The notes beneath the pieces were generated by a model. That model did no database searches. It was not told the DNA's origin and saw nothing but the letters and a program-made list of their open reading frames with translations. Source: Macrostomum lignano (taxonomy: Eukaryota). From it: 64,000 nt of DNA. The number at the start of each line of letters is the position of its first letter. Position 1 is the stretch's first letter. Location of the stretch: contig NIVC01001211.1 in assembly GCA_002269645.1 (NCBI GenBank), positions 64,393 through 128,392 on the forward strand, read 5' to 3'. Below are positions 12,369 through 26,200 of this stretch, piece by piece. A program made the translations under genes and the position numbers.

Positions 12369-15300
12369 TTACTTGGACTTCTTCTGCGGCGACTCGATGA
12401 CGAATGCGCGCAGCTTGAAGTGGTCCAGCATCTGGTTCACCTGCGGGCCGGCCGGGCGGGTAGGTCGGTAGATGGATACAGGAGTACGCAGACAGGCAGA
12501 CGCGTGCAGACACAGAGGTAGAGGGAGGCAGAAGCAGATTCAGAAAGACACACGAAGAGGCAGAGGGAGATATAGGCAGACACAGACAGACACAGAGGCT
12601 AAGGGAGACACAGGCAGAGAAAGGCAGACATAGACGGAGGCAAAGGAAGGCACAAGCAGAGACAAAGGCATAGGCAGAGGCAGAGGCAAAGGAAGGCACA
12701 AGCAGAGACAAAGGCATAGGCAGAGGCAGAGGCAAAGGAAGGCACAAGCAGAGACAAAGGCATAGGCAGAGGCAGAGGCAAAGGAAGGCACAAGCAGAGA
12801 CAAAGGCATAGGCAGAGGCAGAGGCAAAGGAAGGCACAAGCAGAGACAAAGGCATAGGCAGATGCAGAGGCAAAGGAAGGCACAAGCAGAGACAAAGGCA
12901 GGCACAGGCAGACACAAGCAGAGAGATAAACAGGCACAGGCAGACACAGGAGAGAGATAAACAGGCACAGGCAGACACAAGCAGAGAGATAAACAGGCAC
13001 AGGCAGACACAAGCAGAGAGATAAACAGGCACAGGCAAATACAAGCAGAGAGATAAACAGGCACAGGCAGACACAAGCAGAGAGATAAACAGGCACAGGC
13101 AAATACAAGCAGAGAGATAAACAGGCACAGGCAAACACAAGCAGAGAGATAAACAGGCACAGGCAGACACAAGCAGAGAGATAAACAGGCACAGGCAGAC
13201 ACAGCAGAGAGATAAACAGGCACAGGCAAACACAAGCAGAGAGATAAACAGGCACAGGCAGACACAGCAGAGAGATAAACAGGCACAGGCAGACACAGCA
13301 GAGAGATAAACAGGCACAGGCAGACACAAGCAGAGAGATAAACAGGCACAGGCAGATACAAGCAGAGAGATAAACAGGCACAGGCACTCACCACATTGCA
13401 GCCGTAGTGCACATGCAGCAGAACGCACACAGCCAGCAAGCCGATCAGCACCGCCAGCTCCTGCTGGAACGTCGGGCTCAGCAAGAAGACGGCCAGGGAA
13501 ACGGCAGAGTAGATGGCGGTGAGCAGGTTGAAGGCCTGGCACTTGGTGCTGCTCATCTGGCTCACGATCAGCCGGCACTGCAAGCGGAGTTGTGGGCTCG
13601 AGCACACTAGTAAGAGACTCAGTGCTTTGCATAAAACGAAGCTGTGAAATTAGGCCGTGAGCACTTCAGTGTCAGCGAAGCAGCACTCTGTGCTGGCACA
13701 CAGTATTCGCGTCAGTACATCTGCATTACCCGTGCAAAAGTACTTGAGCACTCCAGCGTCAACGACTCAACGTGAGTACCCAAGCATCATTCTGAGTACA
13801 CAAGCATCATTCTAAGTACACAAGCATCACTCTGAGTACCCAAGCATCACTCTGAGTATCCAAGCATCACTCTGCGTACACAAGCATCACTCTGAGTATC
13901 CAAGCATCACTCTGCGTACACAAGCATCACTCTGAGTACCCAAGCATCACTCTGCGTACACAAGCATCACTCTGTGTACACAAGCATCACTCGGAGTACC
14001 CAAACATCACTCCGAGTACACAAGCATCACTCGGAGTACCCAAGCATCACTCCGAGTACACAAGCATCACTCTGAGTACCCAAGCATCACTCTGAGTACC
14101 CAAGCATCACTCTGAGTACACAAGCATTACTCTGAGTATCCAAGCATTACTCTGAGTACACAAGCATCACTATGAGTACCCAAGCATCACTCCGAGTACA
14201 CAAGCATCACTCGGAGTACCCAAACATCACTCTGCGTACACAAGCATCACTCGGAGTACCCAAGCATCACTCCGAGTACACAAGCATTTTCTGAGTACAC
14301 AAGCATCACTCGGAGTACCCAAGCATCACTCTGCGTACACAAGCATCACTCTGAGTACCCAAACATCACTCTGTGTACACAAGCATCACTAGGAGTATCC
14401 AAACATCACTCTGTGTACACAAGCATTACTCTGAGTACACAAGCATCACTCTGAGTACACAAGCATTACTCTGTGTACACAAGCATCACTCGGAGTACAC
14501 AAGCATCACTCAACATACCAGCATTACTGTGAGCATCAAGGCTTCACCCTGAGCACCCCAGCCAATAAACAGGTAATCGCAGCTCACAGTAATGTTGCTG
14601 AAGACGGTGCCAAAGGCAGCATAGAAGAGCCTCGGGTAGTGAAAGATGATCTGGTTAGGCGAGAAGTGAACCCACAACGCCGAGAAAACCAGCAGGATGG
14701 CCGGAGACAGCAGCGGCGTCATGGCGGCTGACAGGGTATTGTGGCGGCCGGTCTTGTTGGCGTAGGCGGAGTACACGTTGTAAAGCGTCAGCGGCACGCA
14801 CAGGATCCAGAAGCCGACTGCGGGACCGGGGAGTCGGCATCGAGTTCAAGCTTGCGGTAACAGGAAGCCGCGACCGATGCAGCGGCACCCCATTCTAGGG
14901 CCAATGCAGCAGCAGCCCACCCTGACTGTGCCAGCCCACCCTGACTGTGCCAGCCCACCCTGACTGTGCCAGCCCACCCTGACTGTGCCAGCTTACCCTG
15001 ACTGTGCCAGCCCACTCTGACTGTGCCAGCCCACCCTGACTGTGCCAGCCCACCCTGACTGTGCCAGCCCACCCTGACTGTGCCAGCCCACTCTGACTGT
15101 GCCAGCTTACCCTGACTGTGCCAGCCCACCCTGACTGTGCCAGCCCACCCTGACTGTGCCAACCCACTCTGACTGTGCCAGCCCACCCGATGACCAATGC
15201 AGCGACACCCATGACTCACTGTAGCAGCTGAGGATGACCAGATCAGTGTAGGTCCAGGTGCCAAAGGCAAAAGTCTGCCAGAAGCTGTCGCCCACGGCGA

Positions 15301-17241
15301 AGGTGAAGGCGTACACGGACACGAGGCTCACCTGGCTGAGGTCGTAGGCCCAGGGCAGGAAGAACATGCCAGTGACGTACTTCTCCCAGTGGGACAGCAC
15401 GAACTGGCCCATGATGGCCAGGTACAGGTAGTACACCCGCACTTCGTGCCCGCCGTAGACGCCCCTGCCGAAGACGGAGTAGACGCACATGGGGAAGAAC
15501 AGGGTGGCCCAGGAGTCCAGGCCGTGGTCGAACATCTCGCCAACTGGAGAGCTCGTGCCGGTGCGCCTGGCCTGCTTGCCGTCCATGCCGTCTGTGGGGG
15601 TGTCGGGTGGGCTTGCAAGATTGAATTTCACTGCTGGCAGGGTTTGAAGCTCGCAGGATTCACTGCTTCGAATTGGATGCGGGAATCATTAGAAATTCTT
15701 CCGAGGGTCCTGGGTTCGAGTCTGCGCTGAGGATTGGAGACTCCATATGTATTTGAGTCAGAAATATAAAGGACAAGGTGCACTTACTATTTGAAGTCTA
15801 AGGGAGGTCCAAGGCTTTTTCCAGATGCTTTTACATCGTGGCGTATTAAAAACCCAGTATGTATAAACAAAAAAAACTAAATGGTTGTGCCCGGCCAAGG
15901 CAGAGGCAGCAGCAGCGCCTGACTCACCGAGCGTGTGCGAGGCGAAGTTGAGCAGGGCGCTGACAAGCCACATGGCCCTGGGCACTGCCGGGTACTCCGG
16001 GAAGTCGGCTGATGAGGCGCGCAGGTCCGGGTCGAAGTAGGCCAGCAGCAGGCAGTTCAGCACCAGGCACAGGAAGCCGGACAGAGTCATCAGGTTGGGC
16101 GCCAGCTTGCGGGGCAGGAACTGCGGGCAGGTGGGAGCGGGTGAGCAGCTGAGCTGCCACCGTGCAGAGCTTGGAGGGCCAACCCGCCCTTTGGTGGTCA
16201 CAGGCCTGAGGGTCACCCTGCCTTTGCTGGTCTAAGGCCTGAGGGTCACCCTGCCTTTGCTGGTCTAAGGCCTGAGGGTCACCCTGCCTTTGCTGGTCAC
16301 AGGCCTGAGGGTCACTTGCCCTTTGCTGGTCACAGGCCTGAGGGTCACCCTGCCCTTGGTGGTCACAGGCCTGAGGGTCACCCTACCCTTGGTGGTCACA
16401 GGCCTGAGGGTCACCCCGCCCTTGCTGGTCACAGGCCTGAGGGTCACCCTACCCTTGGTGGTCACAGGCCTGAGGGTCACCCCGCCCTTGCTGGTCACAG
16501 GCCTGAGGGTCACCCGCCCTTTGCTGGTCACAGGCCTGAGGGTCACCCTGCCCTTGGTGGTCACAGGCCTGAGGGTCACCCTGCCCTTGGTGGTCACAGG
16601 CCTGAGGGTCACCCTGCCCTTGGTGTTCACAGGCCTGAGGGTCACCCCGCCCTTGCTGGTCACAGGCCTGAGGGTCACCCGCCCTTTGCTGGTCACAGGC
16701 CTGAGGGTCACCCTGCCCTTGGTGGTCACAGGCCTGAGGGTCACCCTGCCCTTGGTGTTCACAGGCCTGAGGGTCACCCCGCCCTTGCTGGTCACAGGCC
16801 TGAGGGTCACCCGCCCTTTGCTGGTCACAGGCCTGAGGGTCACCCTGCCTTTGCTGGTCACAGGCCTGAGGGTCACCCTGCCTTTGCTGGTCACAGGCCT
16901 GAGGGGCCGTCCCACTCCCGCACTGGGTTGGTGCCAGTGTCCTGTAAATTTAGCATGAAGCAGGGCTGCTGCAGCAGGTGCAAACCTTGACAAGCCAGTT
17001 CCAGAATGGGTGCATCACATAGTTGGCGAACGGGCTGGTGTCCTGCGAGGAGTACTGAAATGGAGTTGCAGCAGACCAATGAGGATTCTGGGGTCGACGC
17101 AGACCTCAATTTTAAATATGTCATTTCTGAGATGCCATGGATCTCAGATGCATGGACCTGCTGAGATTCCAAGGCTCAAACAGGATACTGATATCTTAGG
17201 CTAGACAGCTGGCTGGATTGATGCACTTTTACAAGTGTAAT

Positions 17242-17288
<47 letters not shown>

Positions 17289-20200
17289 TGATTACACCTG
17301 CCCTGATGGGCACATGTGCAACTGACAGCTCAGCATGTGTATCCATTGCATTGTGCATCTGAAGGCTGTATATTTTTTTATTAGAGGCAGAGGGTTGTGT
17401 GCACCCTGGCGCACTTAAGCGACATACATGTAGGCACACAACCGGCGAGAGGCATTACTGCCCATTCCGCCGACTCCCCTGAGCAGGCATACAAGCGCGC
17501 GGATTTGTACACAGGCACACACTCACACAGGAGTGTACAGCGGCCCTAACTTTATATTATCGTTAGGCATGTACACTTCACTGCGCCTTGGGGGTTGGCT
17601 CTCAAGGCTGTTAATTGCACGAGCAGAGCCAAGCAGAGATTCCAATTCAGTCCCAAATTAATGTGACTGCACTTGGAATCGAGCCTGGGTCGCTGGCACA
17701 CCAGAGCCTGCGCTACCGCTGGGCTACAGCCCCCTGAAGGCTATATATGGCTGTCTAGTCTAAGGACTGGGGGTTGCCACACACCTCCAATACCCCAGCT
17801 AATGCTGGCACTCATTTTACAGCTCGATGAACTGAAACAAAGAGTAATTAACCATCTTTATCGTTGAAGAACTAACGATAGTGACTGGGCTTTGGCACTT
17901 TGGAAGGTAAAACCAGTATAGTTAGAGTATAAAGTAGACTTGTAATAGTATTCCCTCTGATAGGAGCCATTCCAATTCTAGCTAGTGTCATAGTGGACCC
18001 ACCCTATACTCAGCAGAGTCCGAACCCAGGGCTGAACTATACTAGCATTAGCTAAAAACCACATTTAACAATGGGGATCAATTCTACTATAGGTAGTCAT
18101 AGTAGGATACTTCTAAATTATCATATTCTACAATTGCAAGAAGTTTTTGTAGCAATATTATATTAAGATAAACTGGGTTTGTAAATCTGTAAGACTAGAT
18201 TTTAGTAGAATTGATTCAAAACAAAAGTTCACGAATATATTACAATATAATTCCTTCTTTTCTCATTTTTTATGACCAACCTATACTTTCAGTATGAACT
18301 TTATAAAATGAAATGCAAGTATTGGAGTTTGGCTTCATTAATATAAAAGTATATTTATGAATTTTTATACTTGCATATAACTGCATACTTGCATTAGATG
18401 CTTAAATGAGATCAATCAATCAATATTAGGCAAAAAATCAAGCCTTTGCTTTAAGTTGCCAATTGCTCATTGACTCATTTGACTATTCATTGAACAATTT
18501 TAAACATTTTGGTACTAGATCATACATGCGCAACTGCTGGCCGACCTGGCCGATCCGGCCACCGTAAATCGTGGCTGACCAGGGGTAAGTCGCAAAATTG
18601 AGTCAACCAAAAACAAAAAAACACAAGAACCAAGAAAGGCAAGAGGAAAGCAAAAGAAAGAGCAGTTCAGGGAAAATGGTGAAGCAAAAGAAAAACAATT
18701 CGCAAAAGAAGCAAACTAAGTCGCAAAAAGGATCAGGTAAGTCGCAAAAGGATTAGGTAAGTCGCAAAAGGATTAGGTAAGTCGCAAAAGGGTTAGGTAA
18801 GTCGCAAAAGGATCAGCTAAGTCGCAAAAGGATTAGGTAAGTCGCAAAAGGATTAGGTAAGTCGCAAAAGGATTAGGTAAGTCGCAAAAGGGTTAGGTAA
18901 GTCGCAAAAGGATTAGGTAAGTCGCAAAAGGGTTAGGTAAGTCGCAAAAGGATTAGGTAAGTCGCAAAAGGATCAGCTAAGTCGCAAAAGGATTAGGTAA
19001 GTCGCAAAAGGGTTAGGTAAGTCGCAAAAAGGATCAGCTAAGTCGCAAAAGGATTAGGTAAGTCGCAAAAGGATCAGCTAAGTCGCAAAAGGATTAGGTA
19101 AGTCGCAAAAGGGTTAGGTAAGTCGCAAAAGGATTAGGTAAGTCGCAAAAGGATCAGCTAAGTCGCAAAAGGGTTAGGTAAGTCGCAAAAAGGATTAGGT
19201 AAGTCGCAAAAAGGATTAGGTAAGTCGCAAAAGGATTATGTAAGTTGCAAAAAGGATTAGGTAAGTCGCAAAAAGGATTAGGTAAGTCGCAAAAAGAAGC
19301 AACTAAGTTGCAATAAGAGGGAAGTAAGTCACAATCAGAGGCAATCAGGGGGTAGTAGGTGCAAGTGTGGCAGGAGAGCAAAAACAGAATAGAAGCCTTC
19401 AACCACAGACAAGATCTTTGAAATCAGAAGCCCGCGTCAACAGTTTCCCATTGATTTCTTAAACTCTGGAGCAGGGGTTGGCAAACTCCGGCTCGCGAAG
19501 CCCCTCTATCTGGCCCTCGCCCCTCGGGTTCTTTGAAACTTCCTAACTACGAGTAGCAAGGTTGGTGTCTCTTCAACTCTCATCTCTCTCTTCTTCTCTA
19601 CCTTGCCTCCCCTCTTCTCTCTCTCCCCCCTTTTCCCTCTTCTCTCTCCTCTCATTTTTACTCTCCTCTCTTCTCCCCTTTCTCTCTACCCTTTCTCCTC
19701 AATGCCCTCTTCTCTCCTCTTATCTTCAGCAAAAATATGTGCATATTTTCTTACTTCAAAGTAGAGGGAATAGAAGATTAGAGATAAGCAAACAGAGGGG
19801 AGGCGAGCGATGCGATGGGAGAAAAGATAGAAGAGGAGAGAAAAGCTGAGGGAGGAAAAAGAGATGAGAGAGAAGAGGAGATTAGAGGAAAGAGGAAAGA
19901 AAAGATGATGGATGAGATCAGAAGAGAGGAAAGAGGAAAGAGGAGAGAGTAGATGAGAGAAGAGAGGATAAAGAGGAGATGAGAGGAGAGTGAAGAGAGG
20001 AGAGTGAAGAGAGGAGAGATGAGAGAGTAGAAAAGAGAGGAGAGATAAGATGAGAGAGTAGAGTGGAGAGAGACGAGAGGGAAGATAAGATGAGAGAGTA
20101 GAGTGGAATGGAGAGACGAGAGGAGAGAGGAGAGGAAAGAGAGAAGGGATAAGGGATGAGAGAGAAAAGAAAAAGAGGATGAGAAGATTGAGGAATGGAG

Positions 20201-23200
20201 AGAATTTGCAAAGGCCTCAAATCTTAGTTTAACATGCATTACTCCCATCTTTGCCTTTTTCCTAACTGTTAACAAGTTTTTGTTTGAGCATGACTTCAAA
20301 TTTAGAATCTATGCAAAAATAGTTCCGGGAATTAGAATTCAGTGGCTTAAAAATCTGTGGGTTTTCACAGCTTGTATCTCTACTGGATTCGTATTCTGCA
20401 TCTGATGAGCCATCTGAATCAGGGCTCTCATCTTCCATGCCAAATCGTCTAGCAAATCGTTCTTGAGCTATAGGTCACACTGTATTCACTTCACTTACTT
20501 CTGGACATTCATGAATCATGACTTTTGTAGTATGCTCACTACACTGTACTGACAATTTACTAATTGCTTCATGCTGCCACTAGATGACATACTGATTAGC
20601 TGTTATAAAAAACGCGGAATCTGCACGCAGCACTAATTAGCTGGCGAGGCATTTAGCTTTAAAAATATGGTCATAGTTACTCCTGCCGTTTACCTAAAGT
20701 TTTTGCTTGGCTCTTTCATAGGTAAGTCGCATTTTTTATCGAAAACTAAGTCGCACGGCCAGCGTAATTTCAGAAGTTGCGCATGTATGTACTAGATTAT
20801 AGCACATTTAGCAAGTATAATAGCAAGTATAACAAGATAATAACCCTAAGCATATCAGTAAATCTACTTAGGCATGGTTTAAGAATAAGAAACTAAAGCT
20901 AAGAAACTAGCTAAGTCAAGGCTAAGAAGATTATTGAAAAATCTTTGGTTTAATTTAAAGAAAACTATTCATGCTTACAGACTTAGAAATCTAGATAGAG
21001 GGACTTGGAATATACCATTGGTATACAACTTGGTATATAGAGAGGCCTATATAGAGGATCTATTGGTATGTAGAAAGACTTCTTCAAGTTTATATTGATA
21101 AATCAGTTGCAGTTTTGATAGGATGATAATTTTATCTCTATAAAGGTTTTTGATAATGTTGATTTCAAATTTGAGCTTTGTTTTGAAAAGCCAACAACAG
21201 GGCATGGGGAATGGGAGGTTTTTTGGTAGGGAGATTCTTAATAAAGATGGTTCTATCAATGTAAACTAAACGAGGCATGAAGACCTATTCAAGATTATAT
21301 TGATAAATTCTAGTCTTAGAAGAGGGTCAACCATACCAAAAAAAGGATCAATGACCAACCACTGGGGTGTGGGAAATAAGGGGTTTTAGGATGAGGAGAT
21401 TCTTTATGAGGATTGATTTTATCAGTGTAAAGTTGAATAGAGGCATGGAGACCTATTCAAAAGGTCTTCCTAAAACATGTATTGCACTACCTCACAGTGC
21501 TACACATTAAAACAAATTGGACTATAACTAAAGACATTTCAAAATGAATTGTCTATTTAAGCTTCAAGTTCATGCTTGGGCACAACCTTGGAATTTACTT
21601 GGCCAACCTTGTAAGTCGCTGTTGGCTGAAAGTAGTCATGTGACTACTATTCTGTCCAATAGCAATTTACATATGTGTTGCCAATAGAAATGGCCAAGTG
21701 ATTCCCAAGGTTGCACATGTGTGTTCAAGTTTTTATTCAATTTATTTTTTTACTTTAAATTTAATCCTTAGTATGAAAATCAAGCTATCAAAGACTTTCT
21801 TTTCATTTTCTATGGCCCAAAAGAAGGGTCTATGGAGCAACCATAGACAAACATTTCATTAGACAAACATGGATATAGCAGACAAAATTTAGTGAGCAGA
21901 GCAGTGATAAAAGTTTTGCTATAGCCCAAGATGCAGTGGATGAGCAGAATCCTGCAGGGCAAGAACCCTATCACAAGATAAGCAACGAAAAGTGCAACCT
22001 GATTGTTGCTACCATTGAGAGAGGTGATAGTGCTGAGCACATTTTGCAATGGCTGGATGTAAAGAGAAAAAAGTGCATTCTAGCAGTTGTCGCTATGAAA
22101 TAACAGGCCTGTTTTGATTGGTTTCTCTGAAATCAAAGTGTTAATGTTAATCATTTTTTGCAGATATTATTTCAGTGAAGTTATTTGTAAAGGATATACA
22201 CTCAGCAACATTGAAAAGTTTCTACCCTCACGCTAGACGTGTATATTTAGAGTTTCAAAACTGGTTTTTGTTGCCAGACTTGTGCCATAGACAAATGATG
22301 ATTTTGTCAACACGCACTTGGGCCATAGACAAAAACTTGGGGCATAGATGCCAGACAAGTTGAAAGAAACAGTCACATGGAACAGATAGCAGCAGCTTAC
22401 AGGAGTCTAAAATCCATGTTTGCAACTGGATGCAATGGTTTGCCAAATGACTGACCTGAAATGAGCGCGCCATTGGCATGCTAGACACTGGGATGTCTAT
22501 CCAAGCTGTTGCTCACCAAATTGGATAGTCATACATAGCAATCCGCAAACTGCAGATCAAGTACAGAGAAATGGGCAGCGTGGCACATGCTACGCGTGGC
22601 TAGCAGCTCAATATGTGCAGTACAACTAGGAGGGCAGACATCTGCAATTGTTGCAAATGGTAAAGGGAAGCCCCACCATACATGTGCAATAGTCAGCTGA
22701 GTCGGCCAATCTGGCCAACCAATTTGGTGGCCAACCAAAGGTAAGTTGCAAAAATGCCCATCCAAATTAATACTAAAGTAGTACTAAGTAGATGATGAGG
22801 CATTTTGCCTTAATAAGACAGTCTTAGTTACTTCTGCCGATTACCCAAAGTTATACTAACCTTGCTTTAGGGCTTCTTTTACATGCAAGTCACATTTTTG
22901 GCCAAAAACTATATCACATTTTTGTTAAAACTAAGTCGCACGGCCAACCGAATTTTGGAGTTTACACATGTATGAGCCCCACGTTGCCAGCCACCTTGCT
23001 ACAGCTAATGTGGGCTAAAAGAAGCAGGCGAGGGAATATCCTAAGTGCCCAAACCATCCAACAACAATTGCAAGAGTCGAGGCTGCAACTGTCTATGGCT
23101 CAAACCATGAATATCTCTACCTACCAAAATGTTGACCTTTTGCGTGCTAGGGTAGAAACTTTTCAATGTTGCTGAGTGTATGAGCACTATGAAAAGAATT

Positions 23201-26200
23201 CTCAGATTGGTTGCTCCATAGACCTTTTTTGGGCCATAGACAATCAAAAACCAGTCTTCAATAGCTTGATTTTCCCACTAAGGATTAAATTGCTTGCTCC
23301 TAAGCTTAATTGGCTTGGAAAATGCTATAATAAAATAATAATAACAATGAAAACAAGAATAAGAAAAATAATAATAATATTTAATATACTAATTAAAGGT
23401 ATTTATTCTGTTTATCTTACAACAAATAGTTTTTTTCTATAATCAAATACTGCAATCTACATTAACAAAGAAATTTATAATATGTAACATTGCAAGGCAG
23501 TGTGGTACACATTTTAGGGAGACCCCTATTTAAGATTATATTGATAAATTCTAGTCTTAGAAGGGGGGAGGTGACTATGTCAAAAAGATCAATGACCAAT
23601 TATTATAGCATGGGAAATAGGTTGTTTTAGGGTGGGGAGATTCTTCATAGAGATTGATTGTATCAATATAAACTTGAATAGAGGCATTAAGACCTATTCA
23701 AGGTTGTATTGATAAAATCTATCTTGAAAAGGATATCCTATTGCAATGAAGCTTAAATTGAAAGTCAGTACATAATAGGGCCTAGTCCTATATTGCAAAA
23801 GAAAGGGTGTACACCAGAATTTTCTGGCATACACTTGAGTTCTATGGCGTACACTTGAGTTCTATGGCGTACACTAGCATACATTTCTTGGCTATGTACA
23901 ATGTGGCATACAGTGTGGCATACATAACTGGCATACAAATTAATATAAAGAATTTTTCGTGCATTTTTCTATGTCAAGTTATTTCAAAAACCTTTTTTCT
24001 GCTACTATTTTCTCATTTACTAATCATTTTAATTACTAGAATTGTCACCACAATCATCATGTCATTATCAATTTTTTGTAGTTTAAATTTAAATTTAAAT
24101 ATTCATCGATTTTTTTTACCATTAAACTGTTTTTAATTGTAATATACTGTTCTGGTTCTGACTTCTGGTTATGTTGGCATACATTAAGAAATTTGGCATA
24201 CATTTAAAATTTGTTGGCATATGATTGAAAATTCAATGAAAATGTGTACGGCGTACACAGAAAACCTTCCACAATTTGGGCTTAGTCATAGGCCTAAACT
24301 TATTAATATAGACATACATGTGCAACCTCTGAAATTCAGTTGGCCATGCAACTTAGTTTTAACAAAAATGCAATGTACTTTTTGGCCAAAAATGTGACTT
24401 ACATGTAAAAAAACCTAAATAAACATTAACGCAACTTTGGGTAAATGGCAAGAGTCCTATTAAGCCAAAATGCCATGTCAGCTACTTAGTACTACTACTT
24501 GGTTATTTTTTTGGGTGGGCATTTTTGCAACTTCCTTGGTTGGCTGCCAAATTGGTCGGCCAATCACTTGGCCAGCTGTTGTGCATGTATGAATAAAGAA
24601 AAAAAATATTTTTCAATCTTTCTTTCAAAATGACAATAATTCTTTTTTCTAATCTCTCTTTTTTTAATTTTCTCTGCTCTCATTTTTGTTAACCATCTCT
24701 ATCCCTCACAAGATAACATGACATGAAATATTAAGGGTTATCTTAATGGCAGTTGTTATTTGTCTGGTTAAATTGTTAACACAAGTATCTTATTTGTTTT
24801 GTGATGAATATTCTAGATTTTTAAGACCTTTTCTCATATACTGATTAATATTTTCTTATATACAAGTAGTATGAAGATGCACACGTCTTTTTGCCACCAG
24901 TGAATGGGCTTCTTTTTAGACGTGGGTCTTCATACTACTTGATAAACCTAGTTTTGTACTGATGAAAAAGAACTTTTAGAAGCTCAATAAAAATGTAAAT
25001 CTCTACTTCTCCCATTTTCTCTCTTTGTCTGTTCTGTTTCTCTCTACTCTCTCTAGTCTCCCCTCTCCTCTCCTCTCACCTCTAGCTCTCGTCTTATCTC
25101 CTATCTTCTCTTTAGTCTTATCTCTTCTCTATTCCCTTTCTCTCTCATCTGACCTGCAGCCATGAGCTGGAATCGAGTCTTCTATAATAGGCTCTAGAAG
25201 GCCCTGATATAAAAAAAATTCTAATGACTAAAGTCTACAGAGCATAGCAGGGTTATATACCACCTCATTAAGCTGGTTGTTTTGGCGCATGCTCCTCTTA
25301 GCATCAGCTTAAATGCTTGGAAAGTCAGGCCAGTTTTGTGGGACATAAACATAAACCTCGTACTCTCAACTCAATCAGATAGTACACTTAAGTTATCCTA
25401 AGGCTCTTCATTCTTCAACAGAGTTGCAAAGAAAGCTATAAATAAAGTCTTTCCAAAACACTGTACATACCTACTTCAGAAGCCATATTGCCTGACTTTT
25501 TAGTTGGGGGGGGGAGGATTGTACATGTAGTGACTTGGATCTTGCGCCCAACAAACTTTGTACTGGGCTTGCAATTCAAATGTGCAGTTAAAGAGCTAAA
25601 TTTAATACGAAATTTTAATCACGTGACGCCCATTTATTGATCTAATTTCCCTTGGTCTGTGCGCGAGTCAAACGAAGCTCTATTATACGCCCTCCAAACC
25701 AAGCCACCAAGCTCTCTCACATTGCCACAACCCCACTTGGAAGGGATGGGTGTGTATATTGTATGTACGATTATTCCTTCCTTTCTTTTCCTTTCCTTTC
25801 CTTTCTAACCAGCTTAACTCAGCCCAATGCCAAAGCCATGCAAGCAATTGCATGCAAATGCAGATTATGCAAAGCAGTATGCAGCTTAATGTGATGAATT
25901 TCGATGCAAAAAAGGTATTTTTTATATGAAAAAACATCCAATGGTTATGAAATTCAAGAAATTTGTTAAATTAACTATATGGAACACTGTGCATTGGTTT
26001 CAGTGCAAAATTCGTACCATTTCCAGTTTAAATAGCCCCAGAACTAACATAAAAATAAAAAGTCAAGTTTTCAGTTTTTTTATCAATAATTTTTTACCCA
26101 ATGAACTAAATCTCTAGAAATTGCACACAAATATGCCTCATTATGTGGGAAATCAGGCGTCATTAAAATATTGCCGTCCTATTGTGTTTTTTGCCTGATT

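Noticed and set aside
12369-12440. Selenocysteine codon expected in SELENOI
   Set aside because: Frame ends SPQKKSK-TAA with no in-frame TGA; Sec-less form is unsurprising in an invertebrate.
11968-13632. 554-aa Cys/Leu-rich ORF
   Set aside because: Translation of intron 6 repeats around a real EPT1 exon.
1237-16902. Tandem arrays resembling CRISPR repeats
   Set aside because: Units abut with no unique spacers; eukaryotic context; no cas genes.
16265-16993. Open 11-aa-repeat ORFs on both strands
   Set aside because: A 33-bp unit is open by construction; EPT1 splices around it and read-through from exon 2 stops quickly.
19472-19520. hAT-like end CAGGGGTTGGCAAACTCCGGCTCGCG
   Set aside because: No matching opposite end or TSD found.
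20400-20470. Hammerhead ribozyme core (CTGATGAG)
   Set aside because: No properly placed GAAA or stem II.
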